A stretch of DNA of 64,000 nt from Dehalococcoidia bacterium (GTDB lineage Bacteria > Chloroflexota > Dehalococcoidia > UBA2979), in the NCBI GenBank assembly GCA_965262725.1, contig OZ253555.1, positions 2,944,001-3,008,000 of the forward strand. Direction: 5' to 3'. The position numbers were made by a program, and so were the translations under genes. Positions 10,474-20,188 of the stretch are shown here, piece after piece; the stretch's first letter is position 1; each line of letters begins with the position of its first letter. The notes beneath the pieces were generated by a model. It made no database searches. It was not told the DNA's origin and was given only the letters and a program-made list of their open reading frames with translations.

Positions 10474-11354
10474 CTCGACACCTCCGGCCCCACGGCGCGC
10501 GGCTGCCGCACGTGATCGACGCCGCCGACGGCGGAGGGCGGCCAGTAGCGAAACTCGGCACGCCCGATGATCCGGGACGCCTCGAGCATACCCCAGGAGT
10601 GGGAGTCGAAGGAGTTGTTGCGGTTGTCCCCGAGGACGAAGACGGAGCCCTCCGGCACCAGCTGCGTCTCAAGCCCGTAGGTCGGCGGCTCGGAGACGTA
10701 GGGTTCTATGAGCCGGACGCCGTCGACGTAGACGGAGGAGTCCTCGACGCGGACCGTCTGCCCCTCCACGGCCACAACACGCTTGATGAAGTCGCGCTCC
10801 CGCTCGCCCGGGAAGCGGAAGACGATGATGTCGCCCACGGCCGGCTCCCCGAAGGGGCGCCACTCGTCGCCCTCCACCCCGGGCAGCCACGCAAGATCGA
10901 TCCCCGCGTAGGCGAGCTTGTTCACGATCAGGAGCTCGCCGTGGGCGAAGGTCGGCTCCATCGAGCGACCGTCGACGATGAAGTTCTGGGCCACGGCGCG
11001 AACGGCGAGGAACATCAGTAGCGCGAGCGCCACCACCTCGAGCGTCTCGGAGAGGCCGCGGAGGCCCCACGGCCAGAGCGCCGCGCCCGGGGCCGGCTCC
11101 CGCGGCGCCGCCCGCGGCCCGGGAGCCGGCGGCGGCGGCCACCATTCAGGGGGCGCGCCGGGGGCGTGCGGTCGCGCGCGAAGCCGCCTCTCGCCGGGGG
11201 CGCGGCTGACGCGGCGCGGCGGCGCGTTCGGCGCATGCGGCAACACGGCGGCGCCGCCTGGTGCGGGAAGGCGCGCGGACGTTGGTTCGGCGGGCGGCCG
11301 CGGAGCGCCGGGCAGATCCGGGTGCGCGGTCCCCGGGGCGAGGTTCGGCTCCAC
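10452..11354 (-). CDS. lepB: Signal peptidase I with long Pro/Arg-rich N-terminus
   Basis: GRSMEPT (Ser), FIKRV (Lys), VLGDNRNNSFDSH. Confidence 0.92.
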   Translation of the reverse strand: MEPNLAPGTAHPDLPGAPRPPAEPTSARLPAPGGAAVLPHAPNAPPRRVSRAPGERRLRARPHAPGAPPEWWPPPPAPGPRAAPREPAPGAALWPWGLRGLSETLEVVALALLMFLAVRAVAQNFIVDGRSMEPTFAHGELLIVNKLAYAGIDLAWLPGVEGDEWRPFGEPAVGDIIVFRFPGERERDFIKRVVAVEGQTVRVEDSSVYVDGVRLIEPYVSEPPTYGLETQLVPEGSVFVLGDNRNNSFDSHSWGMLEASRIIGRAEFRYWPPSAVGGVDHVRQPRAVGPEVSRSPSIVR

Positions 11355-11388
11355 GACCCCAGTATACGCCGCACCGGCCCGCGACCCA

Positions 11389-12231
11389 CTAGCGGGCGGA
11401 GGCCGCGGCTCCCAGCCAGCCGATGCGCGCTCTGGCGACGGCCGCGACCTCGGCCCGCGCGTCGTGAAGAGCCGGCCGCGGGTCGTCCCCGTGGTCCCGG
11501 AGGGAGCCGGCGAGCGCGCGCGCGACGGCCCGGTGGATCTCGCGCGAGATATTGACCTTGCGCACGCCGGCCGACACTGCGGCGGCGAGAGCCGGCGGCG
11601 CCACGCCGGAGCCGCCGTGCAGCACGAGCGGCAGGCCCTCGGTCCGGCGGCGGATCTCGCGGACGAGCGGGATGCTCACCTCGCCCGCGCGCCCGTGCGC
11701 CGTCCCCACCGACACCGCGAGCGCGTCGACGCCCGTCTCGGCGACGAAGCGGGCCGCCTGGCGCGGATCGGTGAGATCCGTCTCGGAGGTCACCACCCCT
11801 GGCTCGCTTCCGCCGACGTGGCCGAGCTCCGCCTCGAGCGCGACGCCGGCCGCGGCCGCGATCGCCCGGGCCGCCCGCGTCTCGCGCACATTCTGCTCAT
11901 AGGGAAGCGTGGAGCCGTCGAACATGACCGAGGTGCATCCCGCGGCGACCGCGCGGCGGAGCGTCGAGGCGTCCGCGCCGTGGTCGAGGTGAAGGCCGAC
12001 CGGCACGTTCGCGCCGCGCGCGAGAGCAAGCAGGTACGCCGCCGCCGGTTCCAGCCCGCCCATCGCGTCGAAGTTCCCCGAGTTGAACTGGAGCAGCACC
12101 ACGGCGTGGAGCGCCTCCGCCGCGTCGAGGACGCCGAGCGCCATGCCGGGCGTGGAGACGTTGAAGGCGGGGAGCGCGAAGCCTCCCCGCTCCGCCGCGG
12201 CGAGCAGATCGCGGGCCGCCGCGACCGGCAT
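11389..12231 (-). CDS. Class II fructose/tagatose-bisphosphate aldolase
   Basis: HLDHG, EAELGHVGG, GTAHG, LVLHGGSG, KVNI. Confidence 0.9.
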   Translation of the reverse strand: MPVAAARDLLAAAERGGFALPAFNVSTPGMALGVLDAAEALHAVVLLQFNSGNFDAMGGLEPAAAYLLALARGANVPVGLHLDHGADASTLRRAVAAGCTSVMFDGSTLPYEQNVRETRAARAIAAAAGVALEAELGHVGGSEPGVVTSETDLTDPRQAARFVAETGVDALAVSVGTAHGRAGEVSIPLVREIRRRTEGLPLVLHGGSGVAPPALAAAVSAGVRKVNISREIHRAVARALAGSLRDHGDDPRPALHDARAEVAAVARARIGWLGAAASAR

Positions 12232-12329
12232 CGTGCCCTCCCCGCGCTTCGGTTCGCTCGTGCCGGGCCGATGCTACGCTCGCGGCCGGCGGCCGCGCGA
12301 GCGGCGGAGGCGGAGGGGATGGGCGGCGG

Positions 12330-13001
12330 ATGTCCCATCGCGGCGGCGCAACCGGGCCCGCTGGCGGCGACGCGCCCGCGGCGGAGGCGGCCGCCGCGGA
12401 GGACGCGGAGCTGATTCGGCGCGCGCAGGGAGGAGACCTCGCGGCCTTCAACAGCATCGTGCTCCGGCACCAGGACGCTGTCTACGGGCTCGCGTTCCGC
12501 TTCCTGAGCGAGCGCGGGGCGGCGGAGGACGCAGCCCAGGAGGCATTCCTGCGCGCCTACCGCTCCGCGGGGCGCTTCCGGGGCGGCTCGGTGCGCTCCT
12601 GGCTCCTCACGATCGTCGCGAACCTTGCGCGCGACGAGCTGCGCCGCCGCGGACGCCGCCGCGAGCGATCGCTTGAGGCCGACCGGGAGCGCCTCCCCGC
12701 CCGGCCCGAGCCCACCGACGGAGGACCCACGCCGGAGGAGCACGCCGTTGCGACCGGCCGGCGCGCGGAGCTCCGCGCCGAGCTCGAGGCGGCGCTCGCC
12801 ACCCTCCCCGAGGAGTGGCGGATGACCGTCCTGCTCGCCGATGTCCACGGGCTGCGGCACGAGGAGGTGGCGAGGGCGACCGGCGTCGCCCCGGGCACGG
12901 TCAAGTCGAGGCTCTCCCGTGCGCGCGCCCGGTTGCGCGACATCCTGCTCTCACCCGGGGAACCCGGAGCGGCTCCGCGTCGTCTGGAGGAGTGGAGATG
13001 A
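12330..13001 (+). CDS. ECF sigma-70 factor
   Basis: AAEDAAQEAFLRAY, SWLLTIVAN, GTVKSRLSRAR. Confidence 0.92.
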   Translation: MSHRGGATGPAGGDAPAAEAAAAEDAELIRRAQGGDLAAFNSIVLRHQDAVYGLAFRFLSERGAAEDAAQEAFLRAYRSAGRFRGGSVRSWLLTIVANLARDELRRRGRRRERSLEADRERLPARPEPTDGGPTPEEHAVATGRRAELRAELEAALATLPEEWRMTVLLADVHGLRHEEVARATGVAPGTVKSRLSRARARLRDILLSPGEPGAAPRRLEEWR

Positions 13002-13780
13002 TGCGCGGGTGGTGGTGGCGGCGGCGAGGGATGCCGGCGCGGGGAGGGGATCTTCCCGCGGGGGCGACCGTCTCCGAGATCCGCGACGAGCGGCTCTCGC
13101 TCTACCTCGACGGCGACCTCCCGGAGGGGGAGCAGGAGGCTTACGAGCGCGAGCTCGCCTCAGACGCGGGGAGCCGCGCCGCCCTGGAGGGGATGAGGGA
13201 GGTGACGGAGGCGCTGCGCGCTCTCGGCGCCGGCGAGCTCGGGGAGCTCCGGGCGCCGCGCCCCTTCACCCTCGCCGCTCCGACCGCCCGCCGGGGCCTG
13301 ATCCGCACGCCCGGGGTCCTCGGCGAGCCCTCCGCGCGCCTCGGAGCGCTCGCCGCCGCGCTCGCGGCCGTCGCGCTCGTCGCGGTGGTCGGCATCGGCG
13401 TGGGTCCCGGCTTTGACGGGCGCGAGGCGCAGGAGGAGGCGGCCGCGGTGGAAGTCGCCGCGAGCGCGCCCGGCACCGCGGAACGCGCCGACGCCGCGTC
13501 GGCCGGGGCCGAACCGCCGATCACCGCCGCCGACTCGTCGGCCGGGAGCGACCAGCGGGACGCGGGACGCGTGACGGGAGCGCGGGTCGATGCGGACGAC
13601 GGCGCGCCGGGAGAGGGTGCGGCGGTGGACGGACGGCCCGAGCCGGAGCCGACGCGCAGAGGCGAGACGGCGCCTGATGGGCCCACCGCGCTGCTCGTGG
13701 TCGCGCTCACGGCGGGGGCGGGGGTGCTCGCCCTGGCGGCACTCGCCGCCTGGCGTTCGATCGGGCGCCGGCGAGTCTGA
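12998..13780 (+). CDS. Putative membrane anti-sigma factor
   Basis: ATGA overlap with sigma; ERLSLYLDGDL anti-sigma-like segment (no HxxxCxxC), PRPFTL, TM helices. Confidence 0.7.
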   Translation: MMRGWWWRRRGMPARGGDLPAGATVSEIRDERLSLYLDGDLPEGEQEAYERELASDAGSRAALEGMREVTEALRALGAGELGELRAPRPFTLAAPTARRGLIRTPGVLGEPSARLGALAAALAAVALVAVVGIGVGPGFDGREAQEEAAAVEVAASAPGTAERADAASAGAEPPITAADSSAGSDQRDAGRVTGARVDADDGAPGEGAAVDGRPEPEPTRRGETAPDGPTALLVVALTAGAGVLALAALAAWRSIGRRRV

Positions 13781-13819
13781 CGGGAGGAGGGCCGCGAACC
13801 CCGCGAGCGGGTAACGGCG

Positions 13820-14584
13820 ATGGACGAGGGGAGTGAAGCGATGACAGCGACGATGGGATCCCGGGCGAGGCGGGCCGTCGGGCTGGTGGCGGCCGCCGGC
13901 CTGCTCGTGTTTGCGGCGGGGGGCTGCGTCGAGGCGACCACCAGCAGCAACGACGCGGCGTCGAGCGGGATATCGGTGACCGGCACGGGGAGCGTTGCAG
14001 TCGTCCCCGACGTCGGCGTGCTGAGCATCGGCGTCGAGGTCACCGCCGAGACGGTGGGGGAGGCGCGCGCCGACGCCGCCCGCACGATGGAGGCGATCGG
14101 GGAGGCGCTGCGTGCCAGCGGCGTCGACGACGGCGACGTCGCGACGCGCTCCTTCAACATCTACCCGCAGTACCAGTACGAGGAGGGGAAGGCGCCGACG
14201 ATCACCGGCTTCACTGTCAACAACCAGGTCACGGTGAAGGTGCGTGATATCGACCGCCTCCCGTCGACGCTCGACGACGCGATCGCGGCCGGGGGCGACT
14301 TCGTCCGCGTCAACAACGTCTCCTTCGCCGTCGACGAGCCGGAGCGCTTCTTCGCGGAGGCGCGCGAGAAGGCGGTCGCCGACGCCGGCGAGCGAGCCGC
14401 CCAGCTCGCCGCGCTCGCCGGCGTGGAACTCGGGGATCCCCTCGTCATCACCGAGTCGACCGGGGGCGCGCCCTCGCCCTTTCCCGCCGCCTTCGCGGAC
14501 TCGGCGCGGGTGAGCGCCACGCCGCTGCAGCCGGGTGAGGAGGAGATCACTATCGCCGTCTCGGTGACCTACGCCATCCGGTAG
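13820..14584 (+). CDS. SIMPL/DUF541 (YggE-like) lipoprotein
   Basis: ISVTGTGSVAVVPD, AREKAVADA..RA.QLA.LAGVELG, PLQPGE. Confidence 0.88.
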   Translation: MDEGSEAMTATMGSRARRAVGLVAAAGLLVFAAGGCVEATTSSNDAASSGISVTGTGSVAVVPDVGVLSIGVEVTAETVGEARADAARTMEAIGEALRASGVDDGDVATRSFNIYPQYQYEEGKAPTITGFTVNNQVTVKVRDIDRLPSTLDDAIAAGGDFVRVNNVSFAVDEPERFFAEAREKAVADAGERAAQLAALAGVELGDPLVITESTGGAPSPFPAAFADSARVSATPLQPGEEEITIAVSVTYAIR

Positions 14585-14700
14585 CGACCGGGGCTAGGGT
14601 AGGATGGCGGCACCCGCTCCCGCTCAGGAGGCGAGCCCGTGGCTCTGAGCGACCGAACGATCACGGAAGCCCGGGCGACCGCCGGCCGGCGGCATACCGG

Positions 14701-15867
14701 GTGAGCGCGAGCACGCCGGGGAGCTCGGAACAGCCCTCCGCGCCGATGCGCGAGGCGCTCGCGGCCGCGGAGCGAGCCCGCGGCTGGAGTTCGCCGAACC
14801 CGCCGGTCGGCGCGGTTCTCGTCTCCGACGGCCGCATCGTCGGCCGCGGCCACACGAAGCCGCCCGGGGGCGATCACGCGGAAATCGTCGCGCTCGCCGA
14901 GGCCGGCGGCCTCGCGCGCGGCGCCACCGCCTACGTCACGCTCGAGCCCTGCGCGCACCACGGGCGCACGCCCCCCTGCGCGGAGGCGCTGATCGCCGGC
15001 GGGATCCGGCGCGTCGAGTACGCGCTCGCCGACCCCGACCCGCGGGTCGACGGCCGCGGCGCCGAGAGACTCCGCTCGGGCGGCATCGAGGTCGGCTCCG
15101 GCGACGGGGCTGAGGCCGCCACGGAGCAGCTCGCCGCCTATCTCACCCACCGCCGGACGGGACGGCCGCGGGTGATCGCGAAGTTCGTCGCCTCCCTCGA
15201 CGGGCGGATCGCCTCGGCCACGGGCGACTCGCGCTGGCTCTCGGGCCCGGAGACCCGCGAGTGGGCGCACCGCGAGCGACCGACTTTCGATGCGATCGTG
15301 GTCGGATCCGGGACCGTCGTCGTGGACGATCCCGAGCTGACGGCGCGGCCCGGCGGCAGCACCGCGGGGGCGCACCAGCCACTGCGCGTCGTCGTCGACA
15401 CGCGCGGGCGCACGCCCGCTGCGGCACGCGTGATCGCCGGTCCCTCGCCGACGCTCGTCGCAACCTCCGAGCGCTCGGCCCGGGCGTGGCGGGAGGGAAT
15501 GCAGGCGGCGGGCGCCGATGTGGTGCTCCTCCCGGAGGCCGGCGGCCACGTCGATCCGGCGGCGCTCCTCGACGAGCTCGGACGCCGCGGAGTGCTGGCG
15601 GCGATTGTGGAGGGGGGCGGGATCCTGCTCGGGACGCTCTTCGACCGGCGACTGGTCGACTACGTGCACGCCGTGCTCACGCCGCTCATCGTCGGCGCGG
15701 AGAAGGCGCCGGCGGCGGTGGCCGGCCGCGGAGCTCAGCGCCTCGCCCACGCTCCTCGCCTCTCCGCGGTGCAGGTGGAACAGCTCGGACCGGATGTCCG
15801 GATATCCGGCGTCCCGGTGTGGCCGGAGGCCGCCGGGACGGCGGGACAGGGCGGGGAGGAGCGCTGA
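14701..15867 (+). CDS. ribD: Riboflavin biosynthesis deaminase/reductase
   Basis: PNPPVGAV, HAE, TLEPCAHHGRTPPC, SLDGRIA, VEGGG. Confidence 0.95.
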   Translation: MSASTPGSSEQPSAPMREALAAAERARGWSSPNPPVGAVLVSDGRIVGRGHTKPPGGDHAEIVALAEAGGLARGATAYVTLEPCAHHGRTPPCAEALIAGGIRRVEYALADPDPRVDGRGAERLRSGGIEVGSGDGAEAATEQLAAYLTHRRTGRPRVIAKFVASLDGRIASATGDSRWLSGPETREWAHRERPTFDAIVVGSGTVVVDDPELTARPGGSTAGAHQPLRVVVDTRGRTPAAARVIAGPSPTLVATSERSARAWREGMQAAGADVVLLPEAGGHVDPAALLDELGRRGVLAAIVEGGGILLGTLFDRRLVDYVHAVLTPLIVGAEKAPAAVAGRGAQRLAHAPRLSAVQVEQLGPDVRISGVPVWPEAAGTAGQGGEER

Positions 15868-16466
15868 TGTTCACCGGTATCGTCGAGGAGGTCGGAGTCC
15901 TCCTGGGGCGGGAGGGCGGCGAGCTCGTGGTCGGCTGTGGGGTCGTGCGCGAGGGGACGCGCCTCGGGGACTCCATCGCCGTGAACGGCGTCGACCTGAC
16001 GGTGCGGCGAATGGAGGAGGGCGCGCTCTTCTTCGACGTGATGCCGGAGACCTTCCGGCGCTCGAACCTCGGAGAGCTTCCCCCGGGCTCGCCCCTCAAC
16101 CTCGAGCGCTCGGTAAGGCCGAACGACCGGCTCTCGGGACACCTGGTGCGGGGGGTAGTGGAGACCATCGCCCGGCTCGAGAGCCTCACGCCGGAGGGGG
16201 AGGCGTTGATCGCGCGCTACCGGGTCCCCGAGCCCTACATGCGCTACATCGTCGAGAAGGGTCCCGTCTGCGTGGACGGCGCATCGCTCACCGTGGTCGC
16301 CCGGGACGATACCGGATTCGCCGTCTCGCTGGTGCAGTACACGCAGCAGCACACAAACCTGACGCGCCGGAGCCCCGGTGATAGCATCAACCTCGAGACC
16401 GACATCATCGCCCGCTACGTCGAGCAACTCGCGCTGCCGCTGCTCGAGGAGCGGGAACGCGCGTGA
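15867..16466 (+). CDS. ribE: Riboflavin synthase alpha chain
   Basis: MFTGIVEEVG N-terminus, GDSIAVNGV, NLETD. Confidence 0.95.
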   Translation: MFTGIVEEVGVLLGREGGELVVGCGVVREGTRLGDSIAVNGVDLTVRRMEEGALFFDVMPETFRRSNLGELPPGSPLNLERSVRPNDRLSGHLVRGVVETIARLESLTPEGEALIARYRVPEPYMRYIVEKGPVCVDGASLTVVARDDTGFAVSLVQYTQQHTNLTRRSPGDSINLETDIIARYVEQLALPLLEERERA

Positions 16467-17758
16467 CGGTCGAGGGCAGAGGGGCGATCGTGGCGGAGCC
16501 TCGCACCAGCGGACGGACGGCGGCGACGCGGCGGCCGCTCCGCATCGGCGTCCCCGAGGCAATCGAGGAGTTCCGCGCCGGGCGGCCGATCATCATCGTC
16601 GACGACGAGGACCGCGAGAACGAGGGCGACATCGCCGTCCCCGCGCAGTTCTGCACGCCCGACATCGTCAACTTCATGGCGACGCACGCGCGCGGGCTGA
16701 TCTGCGTGCCGCTCGCCGACGAGTCGGTGGACCGGCTGAGGCTCCCGATGATGACGCGCCGCAACACGAGCTCGCTCGGCACGGCCTTCACCATCAGCGT
16801 CGAGGCGGCGCGCGGGATCACCACCGGGATCTCCGCGCGCGACCGGGCTCGCACCATCGAGGTGCTCGCCGACCCCACGTCGCAGCCGGCCGACCTGGTG
16901 AGGCCGGGCCACATCTTCCCGCTGCGCGCCCGCACCGGCGGCGTTCTGGTCCGCGCCGGCCAGACCGAGGCCTCGGTCGACCTCTGCCGGCTCGCCGGCC
17001 TCGAGCCGGCCGCCGTGATCTGTGAAGTGATGCGAGCCGACGGCGAGATGGCACGCATGCCCGATCTCCAGCGCCTCGCGCGGCGCCACGACCTCAAGAT
17101 CATCACCGTCGCCGACATCATCGCCTACCGGATGGAGAACGAGCGGCTCATCGAGCGGGTCGACGAGGCGGTGCTCCCGACGGCGTTCGGCGACTTCCGC
17201 GCGGTCGCCTTCCGCACGCTGATCGACCAGAAGGAGCACATCGCCCTGGTCATGGGCGAGATCGCTGCCGACACGCCTCTCCTGGTGCGCGTCCACGACC
17301 AGTGCGTGACCGGCGACGCCTTCGGATCGCAGCGCTGCGACTGCGGCGAGCAGCTCGAGTTCGCGATGCGCACGATCGCGGAGGCGGGGCACGGCGTCTT
17401 CCTCTACATGGACCAGGAGGGGCGCGGTATCGGGCTGCACAACAAGATTCGCGCCTATCGCCTGCAGGACGAAGGCCTCGACACGGTGCAGGCGAACGAG
17501 GCGCTCGGCCTTCCCGTCGACCGCCGCGACTACGGCATCGGTTGCCAGATCCTCGTCGATCTCGGAGTCCGGCGGATGCGGCTGATGACGAACAACCCGC
17601 AGAAGCGCGCAGGGCTCGAGGGATACGGACTCGTGGTCGAGCAGCGCGTGCCGATTGAGATCGAGCCCAACGCCCACAACCTCCACTACCTCAGGACGAA
17701 GCGCGACAAGATGGGCCACTTGCTCGCCGAGCGGCTCGGCAGCGACCGGCCCGGCTAA
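16463..17758 (+). CDS. ribBA: DHBP synthase / GTP cyclohydrolase II
   Basis: DDEDRENEGD, RPGHIFPL, GSQRCDCG, QEGRGIGL, LMTNNP. Confidence 0.96.
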   Translation: MTVEGRGAIVAEPRTSGRTAATRRPLRIGVPEAIEEFRAGRPIIIVDDEDRENEGDIAVPAQFCTPDIVNFMATHARGLICVPLADESVDRLRLPMMTRRNTSSLGTAFTISVEAARGITTGISARDRARTIEVLADPTSQPADLVRPGHIFPLRARTGGVLVRAGQTEASVDLCRLAGLEPAAVICEVMRADGEMARMPDLQRLARRHDLKIITVADIIAYRMENERLIERVDEAVLPTAFGDFRAVAFRTLIDQKEHIALVMGEIAADTPLLVRVHDQCVTGDAFGSQRCDCGEQLEFAMRTIAEAGHGVFLYMDQEGRGIGLHNKIRAYRLQDEGLDTVQANEALGLPVDRRDYGIGCQILVDLGVRRMRLMTNNPQKRAGLEGYGLVVEQRVPIEIEPNAHNLHYLRTKRDKMGHLLAERLGSDRPG

Positions 17759-17759
17759 C

Positions 17760-18284
17760 ATGCCCGCCCCCGGACAGGAGAACGCCGCGCTTCGCCTCGC
17801 CCTCGTCGTCTCGCGCTACCACGAGGCGGTGACGAGCGCGCTGCGCAGAGGCGCGGAGGCGGCGGCCCGGGAGCGCGGCGTCGCGCCCGAGGCGCTCTTC
17901 GTGGTGGAGGTGCCCGGCGCCTTCGAGCTCCCCGTCGCCGCGCGCCGACTCGCCTCCAGCCGCTGCTACGAGGCGATCGTCTGCGTCGGCGCCGTGGTGC
18001 GCGGCGGAACGCCTCACTTCGACTACGTCGCCGGCGAGGCGGCGCGCGGCATCGCGGAGGTGGCGCGCGACTTCACGCTCCCGGTAACGTTCGGGCTCAT
18101 TACCGCCGACACGGCGCGGCAGGCACGCGAGCGTGCGCGCGGTGCCGGGAGCGGGTGGACGGGCAACAAGGGGCACGAGGCGATGGGCGCCGCCATCGAG
18201 ATGGCGCTCTTCTTCCGGGAGATCGACGCAGCGGCCGGAAGACGAGCGCTGAGCGCTCCCGAGCCCGCCGGGGAGGACCGCTGA
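17760..18284 (+). CDS. ribH: 6,7-dimethyl-8-ribityllumazine synthase
   Basis: VPGAFELP, GAVVRGGTPHFDYV, GNKG.EA. Confidence 0.95.
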   Translation: MPAPGQENAALRLALVVSRYHEAVTSALRRGAEAAARERGVAPEALFVVEVPGAFELPVAARRLASSRCYEAIVCVGAVVRGGTPHFDYVAGEAARGIAEVARDFTLPVTFGLITADTARQARERARGAGSGWTGNKGHEAMGAAIEMALFFREIDAAAGRRALSAPEPAGEDR

Positions 18285-18703
18285 TGAACTGGTGGTCGCG
18301 CAAGGACGCGAGCGGCGGCGAAAGCCTCGATCACACGGCGCACGACGCCGTGCGGCTCGCCCACCGCGCGCTGGAGCGTTTCCCCCTCGTCGTCGCCCGC
18401 CACCGTTACGTGGCCGGCGGTGCGGCCATCTCCTCCGCGCTCGTCGTGCTCGCCGGCGTCGCCATCGCGCGCCGCATGCGTGCCGGCCAGAGCGCCGACG
18501 AAGCGATCGCGACTCTGACCGAGGACGAGATCGAGGGCCGCACGCGCTACCGCCTCGAGGACGACGTCGCCGAGGCGCTCGAGCAGGCCGGCGCCGACGA
18601 GGCGCTGCCGGCCGACGGCGCGGAGGAAGCGTTGGCGAAGCCCCCCGGGACCGCGCTGGACGAGGCACCGAGCGCCGAGCCGGCCGCAGAAGCCCCTCGC
18701 TAG
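18284..18703 (+). CDS. Hypothetical protein with one hydrophobic segment and acidic tail
   Basis: TGATG coupling to ribH, GGGGAGG RBS, coding-like codon use. Confidence 0.6.
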   Translation: MNWWSRKDASGGESLDHTAHDAVRLAHRALERFPLVVARHRYVAGGAAISSALVVLAGVAIARRMRAGQSADEAIATLTEDEIEGRTRYRLEDDVAEALEQAGADEALPADGAEEALAKPPGTALDEAPSAEPAAEAPR

Positions 18704-18757
18704 AGACGCGGCATCCGGCCGTTGAGGGGCGCCGGCCGGACGCCCGAGGATCCCGCC

Positions 18758-20077
18758 ATGCCGGAGCGAGGCGGAAGGCGGACCGGGGCCGCGAGCCCGG
18801 CCGCGCCGCGCCTTCCGCGCCGCGTCGCGCACGTCGATCTCGACACGTTCTTTGTCTCGGTCGAGCGCGTGAGGGACCCCTCGCTCTCCGGCAAGCCGGT
18901 GCTCGTGGGCGGTGCGGGCGGGCGTGGCGTGGTCGCAAGCGCCTCCTACGAGTCGCGCCGCTACGGCTGCCGCTCGGCTCAGCCGATGGTGCAGGCGCTC
19001 CGCCTCTGTCCCGATGCGATCGTGGTGCCCCCCCACCCCGACCTCTACCGGGAGGCGTCCGAGGCCTTCCACGCCATCCTGCGCGACTGCTCTCCGCTCG
19101 TGGAGTCGGCGGGCCTCGACGAGGCCTACCTCGACCTCACGGGCATCGGCGGGCCGGGGACGGAGGTCACGGGCGAGCGCTTCGCGATCGCGGGTGCCTG
19201 CGCGCGTGTCCGCGGCGAGCTGCGGCTTCCGGTTTCCGCCTGCGTCGCCGGGAGCCGCACGGCGGCGAAGGTCGGCTCCGACCGCGCGAAGCCCGACGGC
19301 CTCGTCGTTGTGGAGCCGAACGGGGACGCCGCCTTCCTCGCCCCGGTTCCGGTGCGCGAACTGCCGATGGTGGGGCCGCGGATGGCTGAGGAGCTGGCAG
19401 CGAGCGGTGTGGTGACGATCGGCGAGCTCGCCGCCCTCGACAGGCGCTGGCTCCAGCTTCGCTTCGGTCGGGTCGGCGCGGCGGTGCACGACCGCGCGCG
19501 CGGCCTCGACCCCGCGCCGGTCCGCGGCGACCGCCGACCGGCGCGCTCCATCTCCCGCGAGGTCACCTTCGGCACCGACGTCCTCGATCACGCCACGCTC
19601 CGCCGCACGATCGCACGGCACGCCGAGCGGGTGGGGCACGACCTCCGCACCGGCGGCCGGCGCGCCCGCACCGTGACGCTGAAGCTCCGCTGGAGCGACT
19701 TCCACACGCTCACCCGCAGCCGCACGCTGGAACGACCCACACACGCGACGCGCGCGCTCGCTACGGCCGGCGAGGAGCTGCTGGACGGCATCCTGGCGCA
19801 GCAGGGGCGCCGGGGGGTGCGGCTCATCGGCCTCGCCGCGAGCAACCTCGTCGGCGAGGAGCTCCAGCTCGGATTCGACGACGTAGACGAGGCCGCCGCC
19901 GCACCGGGTGCGGCCTCCGCCCGCGAGGAGCAACTCGACCGCGCGCTCGACGCCATTCGCGGCCGCCACGGCGACTCCGCCGTGACGCGCGGCCTACCCC
20001 CAGACGACGGCGCGGGCGAGCAGGGTCCCGGCGGCGCGCGGCCCGGGCACCCCGACGCGAGCGGCGCCCGCGGATGA
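18758..20077 (+). CDS. dinB: DNA polymerase IV (Y-family)
   Basis: HVDLDTFFVSVE, VASASYESR.YG, LDEAYLD, TVTLKLR. Confidence 0.94.
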   Translation: MPERGGRRTGAASPAAPRLPRRVAHVDLDTFFVSVERVRDPSLSGKPVLVGGAGGRGVVASASYESRRYGCRSAQPMVQALRLCPDAIVVPPHPDLYREASEAFHAILRDCSPLVESAGLDEAYLDLTGIGGPGTEVTGERFAIAGACARVRGELRLPVSACVAGSRTAAKVGSDRAKPDGLVVVEPNGDAAFLAPVPVRELPMVGPRMAEELAASGVVTIGELAALDRRWLQLRFGRVGAAVHDRARGLDPAPVRGDRRPARSISREVTFGTDVLDHATLRRTIARHAERVGHDLRTGGRRARTVTLKLRWSDFHTLTRSRTLERPTHATRALATAGEELLDGILAQQGRRGVRLIGLAASNLVGEELQLGFDDVDEAAAAPGAASAREEQLDRALDAIRGRHGDSAVTRGLPPDDGAGEQGPGGARPGHPDASGARG

Positions 20078-20188
20078 TCCGCGGGTGACCGGGGGCGCCG
20101 GTCCCGGCCCTCCGCCACCGCCGTTGTCGACGCCCGCGGCAGCGAAGTAAGGTGAATCTCTCACCCGCCCGGGAGATTTGAGAGTTTC

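Noticed and set aside
14585-14745. FMN riboswitch upstream of the rib operon
   Set aside because: None of the conserved RFN motifs (AGGGCGGGGUGAAAUUCCC, AGUCCGGAUG) is visible
18700-18760. LexA/SOS box upstream of dinB
   Set aside because: No GAAC-N4-GTTC or CTGT-N8-ACAG motif seen
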